From the NCBI GenBank assembly GCA_964610315.1, contig CAZSVM010000012.1, positions 4,089-68,088 on the forward strand: 64,000 bases of DNA. Direction: 5' to 3'. The position numbers and the translations under genes were made by a program. Under the pieces are notes generated by a model. That model saw only the letters and a list, made by a program, of their open reading frames with translations, was not told where the DNA came from and made no database searches. Of this stretch, positions 32,479 through 43,197 are shown piece after piece; within the stretch, counting starts at the first letter, position 1; the number at the start of each line of letters is the position of its first letter. The stretch comes from an uncultured Actinomycetota bacterium (GTDB lineage: Bacteria > Actinomycetota > Humimicrobiia > Humimicrobiales > Humimicrobiaceae).

Positions 32479-34239
32479 TTACTCCTCTACTATTGAAGAA
32501 AATTCTTTGTCTATATCCTGTTTAATCTTATCGATATCACTTATGTTCTCATTTTTTACATATTTCATTCTGGCTATTTTATCTTTGACTTTCATGTTCT
32601 CTATAGCCTTTATATTGACGTTCATTCTTAAATAATTGGCTGCCTGGTTGTAGAAATATATTATTATACTTATCATTTTATATTGCTTCTCTATTGATGA
32701 ATAAGTATCCACTTCGTGATAAGCAATCTGGTGCAGGAAATCCTCCCTTATCATTCTGGCAGTAAGCAGGACCAACCTGTCCAGACCCGACAGAGCCTCC
32801 ACTCCTATCAGCCGGACAATTTCTTCCAGCTCTGATTCTTTCTCCAGAATTTTCATAGCCTCCGCACGCAGGTCAAAGTAATCTTCGTGAACATTTTTGG
32901 CTACATAATCTTTTATATTATCAATATAGAGAGAGTAGGAATTTAACCAGGATATTGCCGGAAACTGTCTGCTGTATGCCAGGTGTGCCTCCAGGGACCA
33001 GAAAACCTTTACCACTCTTAAGGTAGCCTGAACCACCGGATCGGATAGATCTCCTCCCGGAGGAGATACGGCACCGATAACCGATAAAGCACCCGACCTC
33101 TGGCTGTTGCCGGAAAGACATTTTACCAGACCGGCTCTCTCATAAAATGAAGCCAGTCTTGCCCCCAGATATGCCGGATATCCTTCTTCTCCAGGCATCT
33201 CTTCTAATCTGCCGGAAATTTCTCTCATTGCCTCCGCCCATCTTGAAGTCGAGTCAGCCATTAAAGCTACCGAATATCCCATGTCCCTGAAATACTCAGC
33301 TATGGTTATTCCGGTGTAAACAGATGCTTCCCTGGCGGCAACGGGCATATTGGAGGTATTGGCAATCAGTACCGTCCTTTTCATCAGGGAAGCCCCGGAT
33401 TTGGGATCAACCAGTTCCGGAAATTCCATAAGAACATCGGTCATCTCGTTGCCTCTCTCACCGCACCCTATATATACAATAATCTCGGCATTAATCCATT
33501 TTGCCAGCTGATGCTGAATTACGGTTTTACCGGAGCCAAAAGGCCCCGGCACGCATGCTGTACCACCTTTGGCAATAGGGAAAAACATATCTATGATTCT
33601 CTGGCCGGTAAACAGGGGCATATCCGGACTTAATTTGCTTAAATAAGGTCTGGGTTTTCTTACCGGCCACTTTTGCATCATAGTAACTTCTTTGTTCCCA
33701 TCTTCGTTTTTTATGACCGCCACCGTATCTTCAATGGTAAACTCTCCTGACCGAATGGATTTAACTTCCCCTTTTACTCCTCCAGGGACCATAATATAAT
33801 GCTTTACTACCTCTGTTTCATTGACATACCCCAGAAAATCCCCGTAACTTACCATATCGCCTTCTTTTACCACCGGCTCGAATTTCCACTTCCGCTCCCT
33901 GTTTAGTGCCGCTGCGGTTACCCCTCGGGCAATAAAATTACCCGTTTTTTCATATATTTCACTGAGCGGCCTCTGAATTCCGTCATAAATAGACTGAATA
34001 ATGCCCGGTCCCAGCTCGACGGTCAATGGCTCTCCGCTGGGATATACCGGTTCCCCTACACCTATACCTTCGGTTTCTTCATAAACCTGTATGGAAGCAA
34101 GATCCTCGCTTAGCTCTATTATCTCACCCATTAATTTCTTATCGGAAACATGAACAATATCAAACATTTTAGAGCCGAACATATTCGCGGCTACAACCAG
34201 CGGACCCGCTACCTTTACGATTTTTCCTAAACTAGTCAT
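32479..34239 (-). CDS. ntpA: V/A-type ATPase catalytic subunit A
   Basis: Walker [10 protein letters not shown], 586 aa including the A-subunit non-homologous insert. Confidence 0.95.
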   Translation of the reverse strand: MTSLGKIVKVAGPLVVAANMFGSKMFDIVHVSDKKLMGEIIELSEDLASIQVYEETEGIGVGEPVYPSGEPLTVELGPGIIQSIYDGIQRPLSEIYEKTGNFIARGVTAAALNRERKWKFEPVVKEGDMVSYGDFLGYVNETEVVKHYIMVPGGVKGEVKSIRSGEFTIEDTVAVIKNEDGNKEVTMMQKWPVRKPRPYLSKLSPDMPLFTGQRIIDMFFPIAKGGTACVPGPFGSGKTVIQHQLAKWINAEIIVYIGCGERGNEMTDVLMEFPELVDPKSGASLMKRTVLIANTSNMPVAAREASVYTGITIAEYFRDMGYSVALMADSTSRWAEAMREISGRLEEMPGEEGYPAYLGARLASFYERAGLVKCLSGNSQRSGALSVIGAVSPPGGDLSDPVVQATLRVVKVFWSLEAHLAYSRQFPAISWLNSYSLYIDNIKDYVAKNVHEDYFDLRAEAMKILEKESELEEIVRLIGVEALSGLDRLVLLTARMIREDFLHQIAYHEVDTYSSIEKQYKMISIIIYFYNQAANYLRMNVNIKAIENMKVKDKIARMKYVKNENISDIDKIKQDIDKEFSSIVEE

Positions 34240-34586
34240 TTACTTACTCCTATTTTTTTCTCTGACATTATATCTGCTCCAACCGCTTTTATTATTACCT
34301 TTCTTAAACTTTTAACTGCGTAATTATTTCTTTCTCCCAGTCCGGGAATTACTACTATGGAAGGCTGAAATTTATCCGCATAATTTTTGATTAAATGATC
34401 CAGCTTTAATGCTACAGTTTCGGTAATAAAAATAATTCCATAATCATTATCGATAATCTGCCCCAGTTTTTTCTCCGCTTCATCGGTTTCCTTAAAATCA
34501 CCCCTTAAAGGATAAACATCTACTCCCACTGCCTTGAATATAAGCATAATATCTTTTTCTCCCAATGCGGCCATCTTTACATCCAT
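34236..34586 (-). CDS. ntpG: V/A-type ATPase subunit F
   Basis: 116 aa small subunit between C and A genes (E. hirae NtpG position); 4-nt overlap with ntpA. Confidence 0.75.
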   Translation of the reverse strand: MDVKMAALGEKDIMLIFKAVGVDVYPLRGDFKETDEAEKKLGQIIDNDYGIIFITETVALKLDHLIKNYADKFQPSIVVIPGLGERNNYAVKSLRKVIIKAVGADIMSEKKIGVSK

Positions 34587-35603
34587 TTAAACCTCTATTC
34601 TATTTTTTATTTTTCCCATATCGATATCATAGAGAATGGCGGTAAAAATAATATTTAAATACTTTAATTCCAATTTTTTCCTTAGGAAAAATTGAAAAAT
34701 TTTCTCTAAATTGGAGACCGTATATTTTACCGGCTCGAAAAAATCAATATAAAATAAATCCTCTTCCCTTTCAAAAAAGGAAAATGTACCCTCTGTGTAT
34801 AGAGTATGATCTCCTTTAATTACCATGTCCGCATAATCGGTCTGTTCCATTTTTTTTACAAAAAAATCTATACTTTCATCTTTAAACTTAATCATAAATT
34901 CTATCGGGAAGAACCCATTACGGTGTAGAAAATAACCGAAATCCAGACCCTCTTCCAGGTGCTTACTCCGGTAAATACTTTTTATATTAAGTATATCGAT
35001 AACACAGCGGAGATAATCCGAAATCATTTTACTGTTTAGTTTTTCGGTAGAACGGAATATTTCTTCCAGATAAAACTTTTCCATTTCGAATTCCAAAATC
35101 CGGTGATTTTTTTGCTTGTTCATTATTCCCACCGCAAATTCAAGGGTTCCGGAAAATGGCTGGCTCAGATCCTTGTAATTTCCGGCTGCGGCAGCATTTT
35201 TTAAACTCTCATAAGAATAAAAAATAGGGATAAAGAGTTCCTTTAAATCGGCATCCAGAATAATCGATTTAATTACGGTTTTTATATTATGCAGATTCTC
35301 TTCAAAAAACAACAGTTCCGCCGCAGTCTGATGACCATCTTTTAATCTCTTGCTTAGAAACTCAACCGCATTGCCGTATTCACTGACTATAATTCCTTCA
35401 AAACTTCTGGAATTTTCCAGTTCATTTACATACCGGGAATAAACGGTATCTCTCAATACCCTGAAAAATTCATCCAATCCCTGCGATTTCAGCATTCGGT
35501 CAATTCTGCTTTTATCCACAAACTCTATTTCTCTTGCCTTCAGTTCCGCACAGGCAAAAAGATAATCACTGTCATCTTCTATATCATAGTTTAACGGTCT
35601 CAA
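34587..35603 (-). CDS. ntpC: V/A-type ATPase subunit C (d)
   Basis: 338 aa, all-helical; gene order E-C-F-A. Confidence 0.75.
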   Translation of the reverse strand: MRPLNYDIEDDSDYLFACAELKAREIEFVDKSRIDRMLKSQGLDEFFRVLRDTVYSRYVNELENSRSFEGIIVSEYGNAVEFLSKRLKDGHQTAAELLFFEENLHNIKTVIKSIILDADLKELFIPIFYSYESLKNAAAAGNYKDLSQPFSGTLEFAVGIMNKQKNHRILEFEMEKFYLEEIFRSTEKLNSKMISDYLRCVIDILNIKSIYRSKHLEEGLDFGYFLHRNGFFPIEFMIKFKDESIDFFVKKMEQTDYADMVIKGDHTLYTEGTFSFFEREEDLFYIDFFEPVKYTVSNLEKIFQFFLRKKLELKYLNIIFTAILYDIDMGKIKNRIEV

Positions 35604-36185
35604 CTATTTCTTCTCCTTGTCATTTCCAAATAAAAATAATGCTGTCTCCATCCTGATATCATCGATCTCCGAATCTATCAGAATATCGGGAGATATATTA
35701 TATTCGGCTTTCCCTTTGATTATCTTGATTCCCCTTTTAAAATCAGGCTTTCCTTCCGCTTTTTTTAGATTGGCTATAGATTCAACCATTTCATTGTCAA
35801 TATTTTCTTCATCACTTCCGATAAGGTAATAGCCGTCATTTATATTCAAAGCTTTCAGGTTTTTTTCCAGAAACTGCTTATAATTTTTTTTATCCATACT
35901 CAAAAGTTTTTTCTTTGCTCTTCCGATGACGTCATCAACAAGGTCAATTTTATACATAAGTATTTTTTGGTCCAGCCCAGATTTAATTTTGGATAATTCG
36001 ATATTCAAAACTTCCTTATATCTGCGCCAGGACCTGAGTTTACCATCACGGTGTAACTCTGCCGCTCTCTCTTTTGCCTTCTCTATTATTTCCGAAGCTT
36101 TCTTTCCGGCTTCATCCAGTTCACGCTGTTTTTCTTTCCGGGCATCCTCAAGAACTTTTTTGGAAACGTTGTCCAATTCCGACAT
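35604..36185 (-). CDS. ntpE: V/A-type ATPase subunit E
   Basis: 193 aa charged helical peripheral-stalk subunit. Confidence 0.75.
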   Translation of the reverse strand: MSELDNVSKKVLEDARKEKQRELDEAGKKASEIIEKAKERAAELHRDGKLRSWRRYKEVLNIELSKIKSGLDQKILMYKIDLVDDVIGRAKKKLLSMDKKNYKQFLEKNLKALNINDGYYLIGSDEENIDNEMVESIANLKKAEGKPDFKRGIKIIKGKAEYNISPDILIDSEIDDIRMETALFLFGNDKEKK

Positions 36186-36198
36186 ATTTATTCACCCG

Positions 36199-36663
36199 TT
36201 AAAATTGAATTAAATTATTAAGGAAGAAAGTTATAAGGAGTCCCAGCACAGCATAAGTCTCCACCATTGCCGCATAAATAACTCCTTTCATAACTTCCCT
36301 GGGTTTTTTGGCTACCAAATTTACACCGGCCGCACATACTTTTCCCTGATGTATCCCCGAAAGCAGTCCGGTAAATGCGACCGGCAGTGCGGCTAAAAAT
36401 AACTGCATACCCTGGGTGGTAGTTGTTACCCTGGAAATATTTCCTATGAGCAGGAAGGTGGCCACGAATCCATAGAATCCCTGGGTACCGGGAAGCACCA
36501 CCAGCAGGAAAAGACTTCCGAATTTGGTAGGATCTTCCGAAAGAACTCCGGCGGCTGCCCTTGCCGGGTATCCAATTCCTACAATCGAACCAATTCCGGC
36601 TAAAATAACTGCCAGGCCCGCTCCTAACATTGCCATCACTACACCAAGTGATAAATCTGACAT
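36199..36663 (-). CDS. ntpK: V-type ATPase 16-kDa proteolipid subunit K with complete Na+-binding signature
   Basis: 154 aa, four TM helices; L57/T60/Q61/Y64 (LPGTQGFYG), Q106 (GIHQG), E135 (MVETYA) match E. hirae NtpK L61/T64/Q65/Y68/Q110/E139 with a constant -4 offset. Confidence 0.9.
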   Translation of the reverse strand: MSDLSLGVVMAMLGAGLAVILAGIGSIVGIGYPARAAAGVLSEDPTKFGSLFLLVVLPGTQGFYGFVATFLLIGNISRVTTTTQGMQLFLAALPVAFTGLLSGIHQGKVCAAGVNLVAKKPREVMKGVIYAAMVETYAVLGLLITFFLNNLIQF

Positions 36664-36677
36664 TTTTCCTCCTAATA

Positions 36678-38672
36678 CTAATCGATTATTGTTATATATT
36701 TATGTTCATCCCTTAAGGCTTTAAAAGGTCTTCCTCCGCCTACATAAAATTTGGGGAAAAACTCGACATATTGAAGTCTTAAGGTATGAACGAAACCGCT
36801 TAAAACATTTATTCCGATATTAAAGATATGTCCGAATATCAAAGCTATAACCAGCAGCACTATACCGGCAACCGGAATGGAAAGAAGTTGAAATGCTATT
36901 TTGTTTACCGCCACCGCAATACCGGCGGTAACCAGCCCCAGTGCCATCAATCTGATATAGGAAAGAAAATCACCCAGAAATGAAGTCAATCCGTTGACTA
37001 TAGTAAGGTTTAAAAATCCCATAAATATTCTGAATCCCCAGCTCTTTTGATGCCGCGCCCCGAAAAAAATAATCGTCAGGGCACCGGCCAGAACGGGCCA
37101 TATAAGAAATTTTGCCGTACTGGCAGGAAAAAGGGGATGGGTGATAAGTTTCATATTTACCGCCATTTGAGAAGACAGTAAAATTATTATCAGCGGTAAA
37201 ATAATGATTATCCAGGGTAAACCATCCAGAAATGCACCTTCCCAGTCCCTGTTTTTAATACTTTCAAAAAATCTGATAAAAAGGCCGAAAGTAACCTGGA
37301 CTACTCCCAGAATTAGGGCCAGCCTGAAAAAATTCAGTGCCGCATCGTTGGAACTAACCGGATCTCCCAGAATAGCCAGTTTTTTAAAAAATCCATCTAT
37401 ACCCAGATATTGAGGCAAATCACCAAACCACCCATTGAAAATGGTTCCGGCAAAAATTGTAAAAATTCCTCCGGCAAAAATCAGCATGAGGAACTTCCTG
37501 ACGTTTTTTAATTTAAAGGCAAAAATTAAGGTAAGCATTACCAGTACTATTCCATACCCCGCATCAGTCAGACAAAGTCCGAAAAATATGGCAAAAAATA
37601 GCGAAACAAAGGGAGTAGGGTCGACCTCAAAATACCGGGGAACCCCATAAAGATCCACTACTATCTCAAATGGCCTGAACAGCGGTTTGTTTTCCAGAAT
37701 AACCGGAATGTTTTCGTCCTTTTCCGGCTGAATTTCCGTTACTCTTACCGATTTAAAGCTTTCGATTATAGAAATGATTTTTTTCTTATCCGATTCTTTT
37801 ACCCACGCGGTATGAAAAGAAACAGACTCCGTAGAAAACCCCAATCTTATGGCTTCTTCAATTTCCAGATTGTTTTCGATGTAATCCAGATAAACAGTCA
37901 GTGATTTCTCGTACTTATCGGATATTTTTTGCAGTTCGGATTGTAAATTCTTTTTTCTCTCCCTGTTAAATTCGATATTTTTCCCGATCCTGCTTAAATT
38001 ATCGGCAATGGTACCCCTGTAACCGGTTAGTTCCGATTCCTCAAAGGTAATACTGTTCAGATATTCTTCCGCCTCTTTTTTAAACTGGTTATGATAAGCT
38101 AAGATCACATAGGCAATATCTCCATCTCCAGATACCTTCTCACCGGAAATTTTGTGCTCATTTAAATTTTTTATAACTTCCTCAAAATTATGTCCTTCGT
38201 ATTTGATAATTCCCAGCTTTATGGTATAAATTTCGGTTTCTTTTATATCTTCAAGATTACCTTTGTAGCAGGACCACACTTCCAGCTGGTTAATCCTGGG
38301 TTCCATATCGGCAATTTTTTCATCCACAGTTTCTATTTCACTTTCAATTTTCAGAATATTACATACCAGCTTGTCGAAATCTTCACTCCTTAAAATCTTC
38401 TCATATTCATTTCTTCTGATTACCAGCTTCCCTGCCCGGGATAGAGCTTTTTTCAGTTTCCTATCCTTACAGGAAACAAGAATATCCATAACTTTCTTTA
38501 CTCTGGTATGATATTCCTGGCTTGTTCCGGAATCAGGTATCTCCAGACTAATTTCTCTGGTGTATGGTTTGACTTCAATAGAAATGGGAGTCTTTTGTAA
38601 TTTCTTAAGAACAGCTTCCGTATCGGATTTATGTGAAATAATAAAAAGTTTACTTAATTTAGCAACTGCCAT
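36678..38672 (-). CDS. ntpI: V/A-type ATPase subunit I (a)
   Basis: 664 aa: hydrophilic coiled-coil N-terminal half and polytopic C-terminal half with a conserved Arg-containing helix. Confidence 0.85.
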   Translation of the reverse strand: MAVAKLSKLFIISHKSDTEAVLKKLQKTPISIEVKPYTREISLEIPDSGTSQEYHTRVKKVMDILVSCKDRKLKKALSRAGKLVIRRNEYEKILRSEDFDKLVCNILKIESEIETVDEKIADMEPRINQLEVWSCYKGNLEDIKETEIYTIKLGIIKYEGHNFEEVIKNLNEHKISGEKVSGDGDIAYVILAYHNQFKKEAEEYLNSITFEESELTGYRGTIADNLSRIGKNIEFNRERKKNLQSELQKISDKYEKSLTVYLDYIENNLEIEEAIRLGFSTESVSFHTAWVKESDKKKIISIIESFKSVRVTEIQPEKDENIPVILENKPLFRPFEIVVDLYGVPRYFEVDPTPFVSLFFAIFFGLCLTDAGYGIVLVMLTLIFAFKLKNVRKFLMLIFAGGIFTIFAGTIFNGWFGDLPQYLGIDGFFKKLAILGDPVSSNDAALNFFRLALILGVVQVTFGLFIRFFESIKNRDWEGAFLDGLPWIIIILPLIIILLSSQMAVNMKLITHPLFPASTAKFLIWPVLAGALTIIFFGARHQKSWGFRIFMGFLNLTIVNGLTSFLGDFLSYIRLMALGLVTAGIAVAVNKIAFQLLSIPVAGIVLLVIALIFGHIFNIGINVLSGFVHTLRLQYVEFFPKFYVGGGRPFKALRDEHKYITIID

Positions 38673-38983
38673 TAATCTAAAATCCTCTGAGTAATTCTCT
38701 CAATAGCTTTTTCATAGTTAGATTTGAAAATACTTTCTATTTTCTCCTGTTTTTTACTGTAATCTTTTTCCATCTGTGCCGCTTCTCCGGCTGCCTCATT
38801 CCTGGCTTTATCTTCGGCTTCCGTAAACATGACTTTTACTTCTTCTTCGGCTTTTTTTATGATTTTTTCAGCTTTTTCGTAAGCATCTTCTATAATCTGC
38901 TTATATTCCTTTTTAGATGAGGCTAAAATGTCTTTTGCTTTTTCTTCGGTTTCTTTTATTTGATTAATAATATTTTCAATCAT
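38672..38983 (-). CDS. ntpF: V/A-type ATPase subunit G/H-like (peripheral stalk; E. hirae NtpF position)
   Basis: 103 aa, all charged coiled coil; first gene of operon; overlaps ntpI start. Confidence 0.55.
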   Translation of the reverse strand: MIENIINQIKETEEKAKDILASSKKEYKQIIEDAYEKAEKIIKKAEEEVKVMFTEAEDKARNEAAGEAAQMEKDYSKKQEKIESIFKSNYEKAIERITQRILD

Positions 38984-39020
38984 TTTAAAAAATAATATTA
39001 AAACCTTCGATATTATCAGT

Positions 39021-39236
39021 AACTATACCATAGATACATGTATATGGCGGTGCAGACAAATTAATAAAATGAAGTGTTAACCATTTCAATATTATCAAAC
39101 ATAGTGGCCCAAAATTAGCTTAAGAAGGTTACTTTAACCACTAACCCGCCACATACATGTCTCTAAGATATAACCACCTTTTTATTCTAATTTAATCTCC
39201 GAAATGCCTTCTTAACCCTGTTATCCTGTAATTACA
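39021..39236 (-). promoter_or_regulatory. Structured 5' leader of the V-type ATPase operon containing a 15-bp long-range inverted repeat
   Basis: ACATGTATATGGCGG (39035-39049) and CCGCCACATACATGT (39146-39160) are reverse complements with one mismatch that becomes a G-U pair in the minus-strand RNA; the first arm embeds the perfect palindrome ATACATGTAT; internal GGTTA-AAG-TAACC hairpin. Confidence 0.3.
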
Positions 39237-39265
39237 AGTATATTAAATAAGACAAACACTGTCAA
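39237..39265 (-). promoter_or_regulatory. Candidate sigma-A promoter for the V-type ATPase operon (TTGACA-17-TATACT)
   Basis: Minus-strand reading: TTGACAgtgtttgtcttatttaaTATACT, ~250 nt upstream of ntpF. Confidence 0.4.
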
Positions 39266-39320
39266 TCATTCTTATAACAAATTATCCGGTCTTTTTTAAG
39301 TTTAATTTTTTAATATATTA

Positions 39321-40223
39321 TTAGAATATCTTCTTGACAGCAGAATCAATAAAATAACTTAAAATTAAATCCATTAAAGAATAACCGGTTTCTTTTCCTA
39401 TTATATTAGGTTCCCCTTTTATTCCACCCAACTGAGCAGCTATATTTATGGCATCTTTGTAATTTCCGATATCATCGATCAAACCCAGCTCCAGGGCTTC
39501 CGTTCCCAGGAAAACCCATCCCGTAGCCAGCTCTTCGACTTTATCCACATCCATATTTCTGGCCTCGGCAACATCGGAGATAAACTGTTCGTAAATCTCC
39601 TTAAGCTGGGCTTCCAGCAGCTTTATCTCTTCACTGGTAAGCGGCCGATCAGGGCTGCCCACGTCTTTATACTTACCCTGCTTTATAGTGGTGTATTTTA
39701 AGCCTAATTTTTCATATAAATCTTCGTAGTTGGGGATTTGCATTATTACGCCGATGCTGCCTACCGAAGAAGAGCGGTTAGCAACTATCCTGTCAGCTGC
39801 ACTGGATACGTAATAGGCTCCGGAGGCGCAGGTCTCACTAACCGATACCACAACCGGTTTTTCTACTTTTCTAATTTCCTCAAATATTTCCTGAGAGGCC
39901 GCCGGACTTCCGCCCGGACTATTTACCCTGATTAGAATTGCTTTTACACTGGGATTCCTCTGGGCTTCGTCCAGCTGATCTATTATTTCTTCAGGAGTAA
40001 CCGATCCCCCACTGAGCAGGTTCGAATATTTCTCAGCAGAAATTACTCCCTCCAGTCTGATTTCATAAATGGAATCACCGGCGCTATACGAAGAAGCACT
40101 CACAAAACTTCTGCCCAGCAGTCCCATAACAAAGCATCCTGCCGAAAACATAAATAGTACGAACAGGCAGAGGAAAGTAATACCCACTATTTTACCCGCA
40201 CTCCATCTTGCCAATATAAACAC
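39321..40223 (-). CDS. sppA: Signal peptide peptidase SppA (S49, 36K type)
   Basis: N-terminal TM anchor, S49 ClpP-fold core (RVNSPGGSPAASQEI...), 300 aa. Confidence 0.85.
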   Translation of the reverse strand: MFILARWSAGKIVGITFLCLFVLFMFSAGCFVMGLLGRSFVSASSYSAGDSIYEIRLEGVISAEKYSNLLSGGSVTPEEIIDQLDEAQRNPSVKAILIRVNSPGGSPAASQEIFEEIRKVEKPVVVSVSETCASGAYYVSSAADRIVANRSSSVGSIGVIMQIPNYEDLYEKLGLKYTTIKQGKYKDVGSPDRPLTSEEIKLLEAQLKEIYEQFISDVAEARNMDVDKVEELATGWVFLGTEALELGLIDDIGNYKDAINIAAQLGGIKGEPNIIGKETGYSLMDLILSYFIDSAVKKIF

Positions 40224-40401
40224 TCCTTACTGCTGTCCTTAACCAAAAAATATAAAGGCCAATTCAAACAATAACTATTCTAACTATAAACTTAAAACAA
40301 AATCTTTATTAAAGTCGCATAAAATTTAAATTTATAATATAAAAATCTTCGGTTTTACTTTAGCAATAATATAATAATTATGGAATAGCTTCAAATAATT
40401 T

Positions 40402-41649
40402 TTACAAACATAATTCATTAAAGAAATAATCCAATAATTTGTATCCCTGGTCAAAATTCAGGCTGGTTCTTTTAGCGGTAAATTCATTAAATCTTTCCAA
40501 ATTATTTCCCGTTTTCCCGGTGCTGTCATAAATCAGAAAGGGAACCGGTTCCGAAGTATGGGTCCTCAAGGATAGGGGTGTATAGTGATCGGGAAGTATC
40601 ATCATCTTATAATCCATCACTCTTCTATCCAGGGCCTTTTTTATAGGTCCTATAACCTCCCGGTCAATAATCTCAATGGATTTTACCTTATTTTCCACAT
40701 TTCCCTGATGGCTGCATTCATCGGCGGCTTCCAGGTGAAGATAAACAAAATCCTTGCCGCCCCTGGTAAGCTCGCTTACGGCGGCATCAGCCTTACCTTT
40801 GAAATTGGTATTTATGGTTCCAGTGGCCCCCTTGACTTTAACCGGTTGAAGTCCGGCCAGTATGCCGATACCTTTCACCAGGTCCACTGCCGATATTATG
40901 GAACCCTTTAGCTTATATTTGTCATAAAAGCTATCCAGAGCAGGCTTTTTGCCCTCTCCCCATATCCATATCGAATTTGCCGGATTCAGGCCCTTTTTTA
41001 TTCGTTCTTTGTTTATAGTATGCCCCTCCAGGATACTGGCGCTTCTAATCATCATATCCAGAAGTTTAGCGCTGCCCGGACCCCGGGGTAAAAAATCCGA
41101 AATCTTTTTACCCAGTATATCATGAGGAGCAGTAAGAATATTTTTATCCGGACCACCTTCCCATATAATTATATGTCTGTAGCTTACACCGGGATAAAAT
41201 TTTATTTTATCGGTTTGAAGCTTGCCACCAACATACCCGATCAATATTTCGGACTTATCGGTGGGAATCTCTCCCGCACTGTAATCCACCATAATCCTGT
41301 CGGCATAATTATCTTCCCGGGATAGTGTAACCAGATTACATCTGAAAGCAACATCCTCCTCCGAAAGGTTGATGCCCAGACTGACCGCTTCCAGGGAGGA
41401 GCGGCCGGTATAATACATCCGGGGATCATATCCCAGTACCGACAGATTGGCAGTATCACTTCCTGGAGTCATCTTATCGGGGATAGTCTTTACCGTGCCC
41501 ATCCTGCTTCTGGGAACAAGGCTGTCCAGAGCAGGGGTTCTGGCATATTCCAGGGGGGTTTTATCTCCCAGCTCCGCTATCCTGTAATCTGCCACTCCGT
41601 CCATAAGTATTATTATATATTTCATATTATCCCTATAAACTTTTACCAA
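40402..41649 (-). CDS. apgM: Cofactor-independent phosphoglycerate mutase, archaeal-type
   Basis: 415 aa; N-terminus MKYIIILMDGVADYRIAELGDKTPLEYARTPALD and metalloenzyme-superfamily core. Confidence 0.85.
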   Translation of the reverse strand: MVKVYRDNMKYIIILMDGVADYRIAELGDKTPLEYARTPALDSLVPRSRMGTVKTIPDKMTPGSDTANLSVLGYDPRMYYTGRSSLEAVSLGINLSEEDVAFRCNLVTLSREDNYADRIMVDYSAGEIPTDKSEILIGYVGGKLQTDKIKFYPGVSYRHIIIWEGGPDKNILTAPHDILGKKISDFLPRGPGSAKLLDMMIRSASILEGHTINKERIKKGLNPANSIWIWGEGKKPALDSFYDKYKLKGSIISAVDLVKGIGILAGLQPVKVKGATGTINTNFKGKADAAVSELTRGGKDFVYLHLEAADECSHQGNVENKVKSIEIIDREVIGPIKKALDRRVMDYKMMILPDHYTPLSLRTHTSEPVPFLIYDSTGKTGNNLERFNEFTAKRTSLNFDQGYKLLDYFFNELCL

Positions 41650-41692
41650 TAATTCCGGTCATTAAGATTCATCACCTATTTTTTAGCTACTC

Positions 41693-43174
41693 CTATAAAC
41701 CCAGAATACCGGAGACGGCATTCTTCATCTGAGAGGGCTGGCAAATTGCAGGGTGAAGAATTTTTTTTCTTTCCAGATTCTTTATTGCATCCGGGATTTT
41801 CAGGCCGGAAATTTCCGATAACACTTTCAGCAGAGAAAATTCATCCATACCCTTGTATTTTTTATCCAGGGCAGTGCATACACTTCCTGGAAATTTGAAG
41901 GGGCTTGCAGTGGAAGCTATGATGGTTTTTGCCTCATCTCCACTGTCCTTTAAATATTTCCGGTAAACATTGTATCCCACCGCAGTATGGGTATCTATCA
42001 GATAGTTAAAATTGGAAAATACATATTTTATGGTTTCGAATGTTTCCTTATCGGTAGCAAACCCACCGTAAAAATCGACCATCTTATCCTTCATTTCACC
42101 GGTTATTTTAAACTCTCCCCGGCCATTGAGATCTTCCATAAGATTATTTATCATACCGGTATCATTTCCGGAGATATCGAAAAGCAGGCGCTCCAGGTTA
42201 CTGGAAATTAGAATATCCATAGCCGGGGAACTGGTGAAAATCAACTTCCTTTTTCTATTGTATACCCCGGTTCTTATAAAATGGTAAAGTACATTATTTT
42301 CATTGGAAGCACATATAAGTTTTTTTACCGGAAGCCCCATTTTTTTGGAATAATAAGCTGCCAGAATATTTCCAAAATTTCCGGTAGGAACCACTATGTT
42401 TACCGCTTCATCCGGTTTGATTTTTCCTGAATTTCTTAAATTGAAGTATGCGTATACATAATAAACAATCTGAGGAATCAGCCTCCCGATATTAATAGAA
42501 TTTGCCGAAGAAAGTATATAACCCCCTTTATCCAGAGTTTTATTAAAAGACCGGTCGGAAAAAATTTCCTTTACCCCTCTCTGGGTGTCGTCGAAGTTAC
42601 CCTTAACGCCGACCACATAGGTATTATCTCCCTGCTGGGTGGTCATATGTCTTTCCTGTATCTTGCTTACCCCATCTCTGGGATAAAATACGATTATTTT
42701 GGTTTCTTTAACATTGGCAAAACCTTCCAGGGCGGCTTTACCGGTATCACCGGAAGTAGCGGTAAGTATAACTATTTCTTTATCCATATTATTTTTAGCT
42801 GCAGCTGTTTTTAACAAATGGGGCAGTATGGATAAAGCTATATCCTTGAAAGCAAGAGTAGGTCCATGAAAGAGTTCCAGAAAAAAAACACCGCCTTTTT
42901 CCATGATTGGCGTTACTGCCGGATCATCGAATTTTTCATCATAAGCTTTTCTGATACAGTATTTAAGTTCCTCTTCACTAAAATCGGTAAAAAACTTACT
43001 GATTATATATAAAGCAATATTTCGGTAATCCAGCGGAGATAAACTTTCAAAAGACTGGTCGATTACCGGTATTTTTTCCGGCACGTAAAGTCCCCCGCCG
43101 TCCGCCATACCTTTAACAATAGCACGGGAGGATTTTATCCTGTCATTAATTTTGCGGGTGCTCTGGTAATACAT
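41693..43174 (-). CDS. thrC: Threonine synthase (long form)
   Basis: PLP-lysine motif TLAFKDIALS; threonine synthase N-terminal domain; 493 aa. Confidence 0.9.
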   Translation of the reverse strand: MYYQSTRKINDRIKSSRAIVKGMADGGGLYVPEKIPVIDQSFESLSPLDYRNIALYIISKFFTDFSEEELKYCIRKAYDEKFDDPAVTPIMEKGGVFFLELFHGPTLAFKDIALSILPHLLKTAAAKNNMDKEIVILTATSGDTGKAALEGFANVKETKIIVFYPRDGVSKIQERHMTTQQGDNTYVVGVKGNFDDTQRGVKEIFSDRSFNKTLDKGGYILSSANSINIGRLIPQIVYYVYAYFNLRNSGKIKPDEAVNIVVPTGNFGNILAAYYSKKMGLPVKKLICASNENNVLYHFIRTGVYNRKRKLIFTSSPAMDILISSNLERLLFDISGNDTGMINNLMEDLNGRGEFKITGEMKDKMVDFYGGFATDKETFETIKYVFSNFNYLIDTHTAVGYNVYRKYLKDSGDEAKTIIASTASPFKFPGSVCTALDKKYKGMDEFSLLKVLSEISGLKIPDAIKNLERKKILHPAICQPSQMKNAVSGILGL

Positions 43175-43197
43175 TTTTTAAAAACGAAAAACAGATC

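Noticed and set aside
38984-39320. tRNA or other canonical ncRNA gene in the 337-nt gap
   Set aside because: No T-arm (GTTCRANYC) or cloverleaf can be folded. The structure present is a long-range inverted repeat better explained as an mRNA leader or operator. It is reported as a finding instead.
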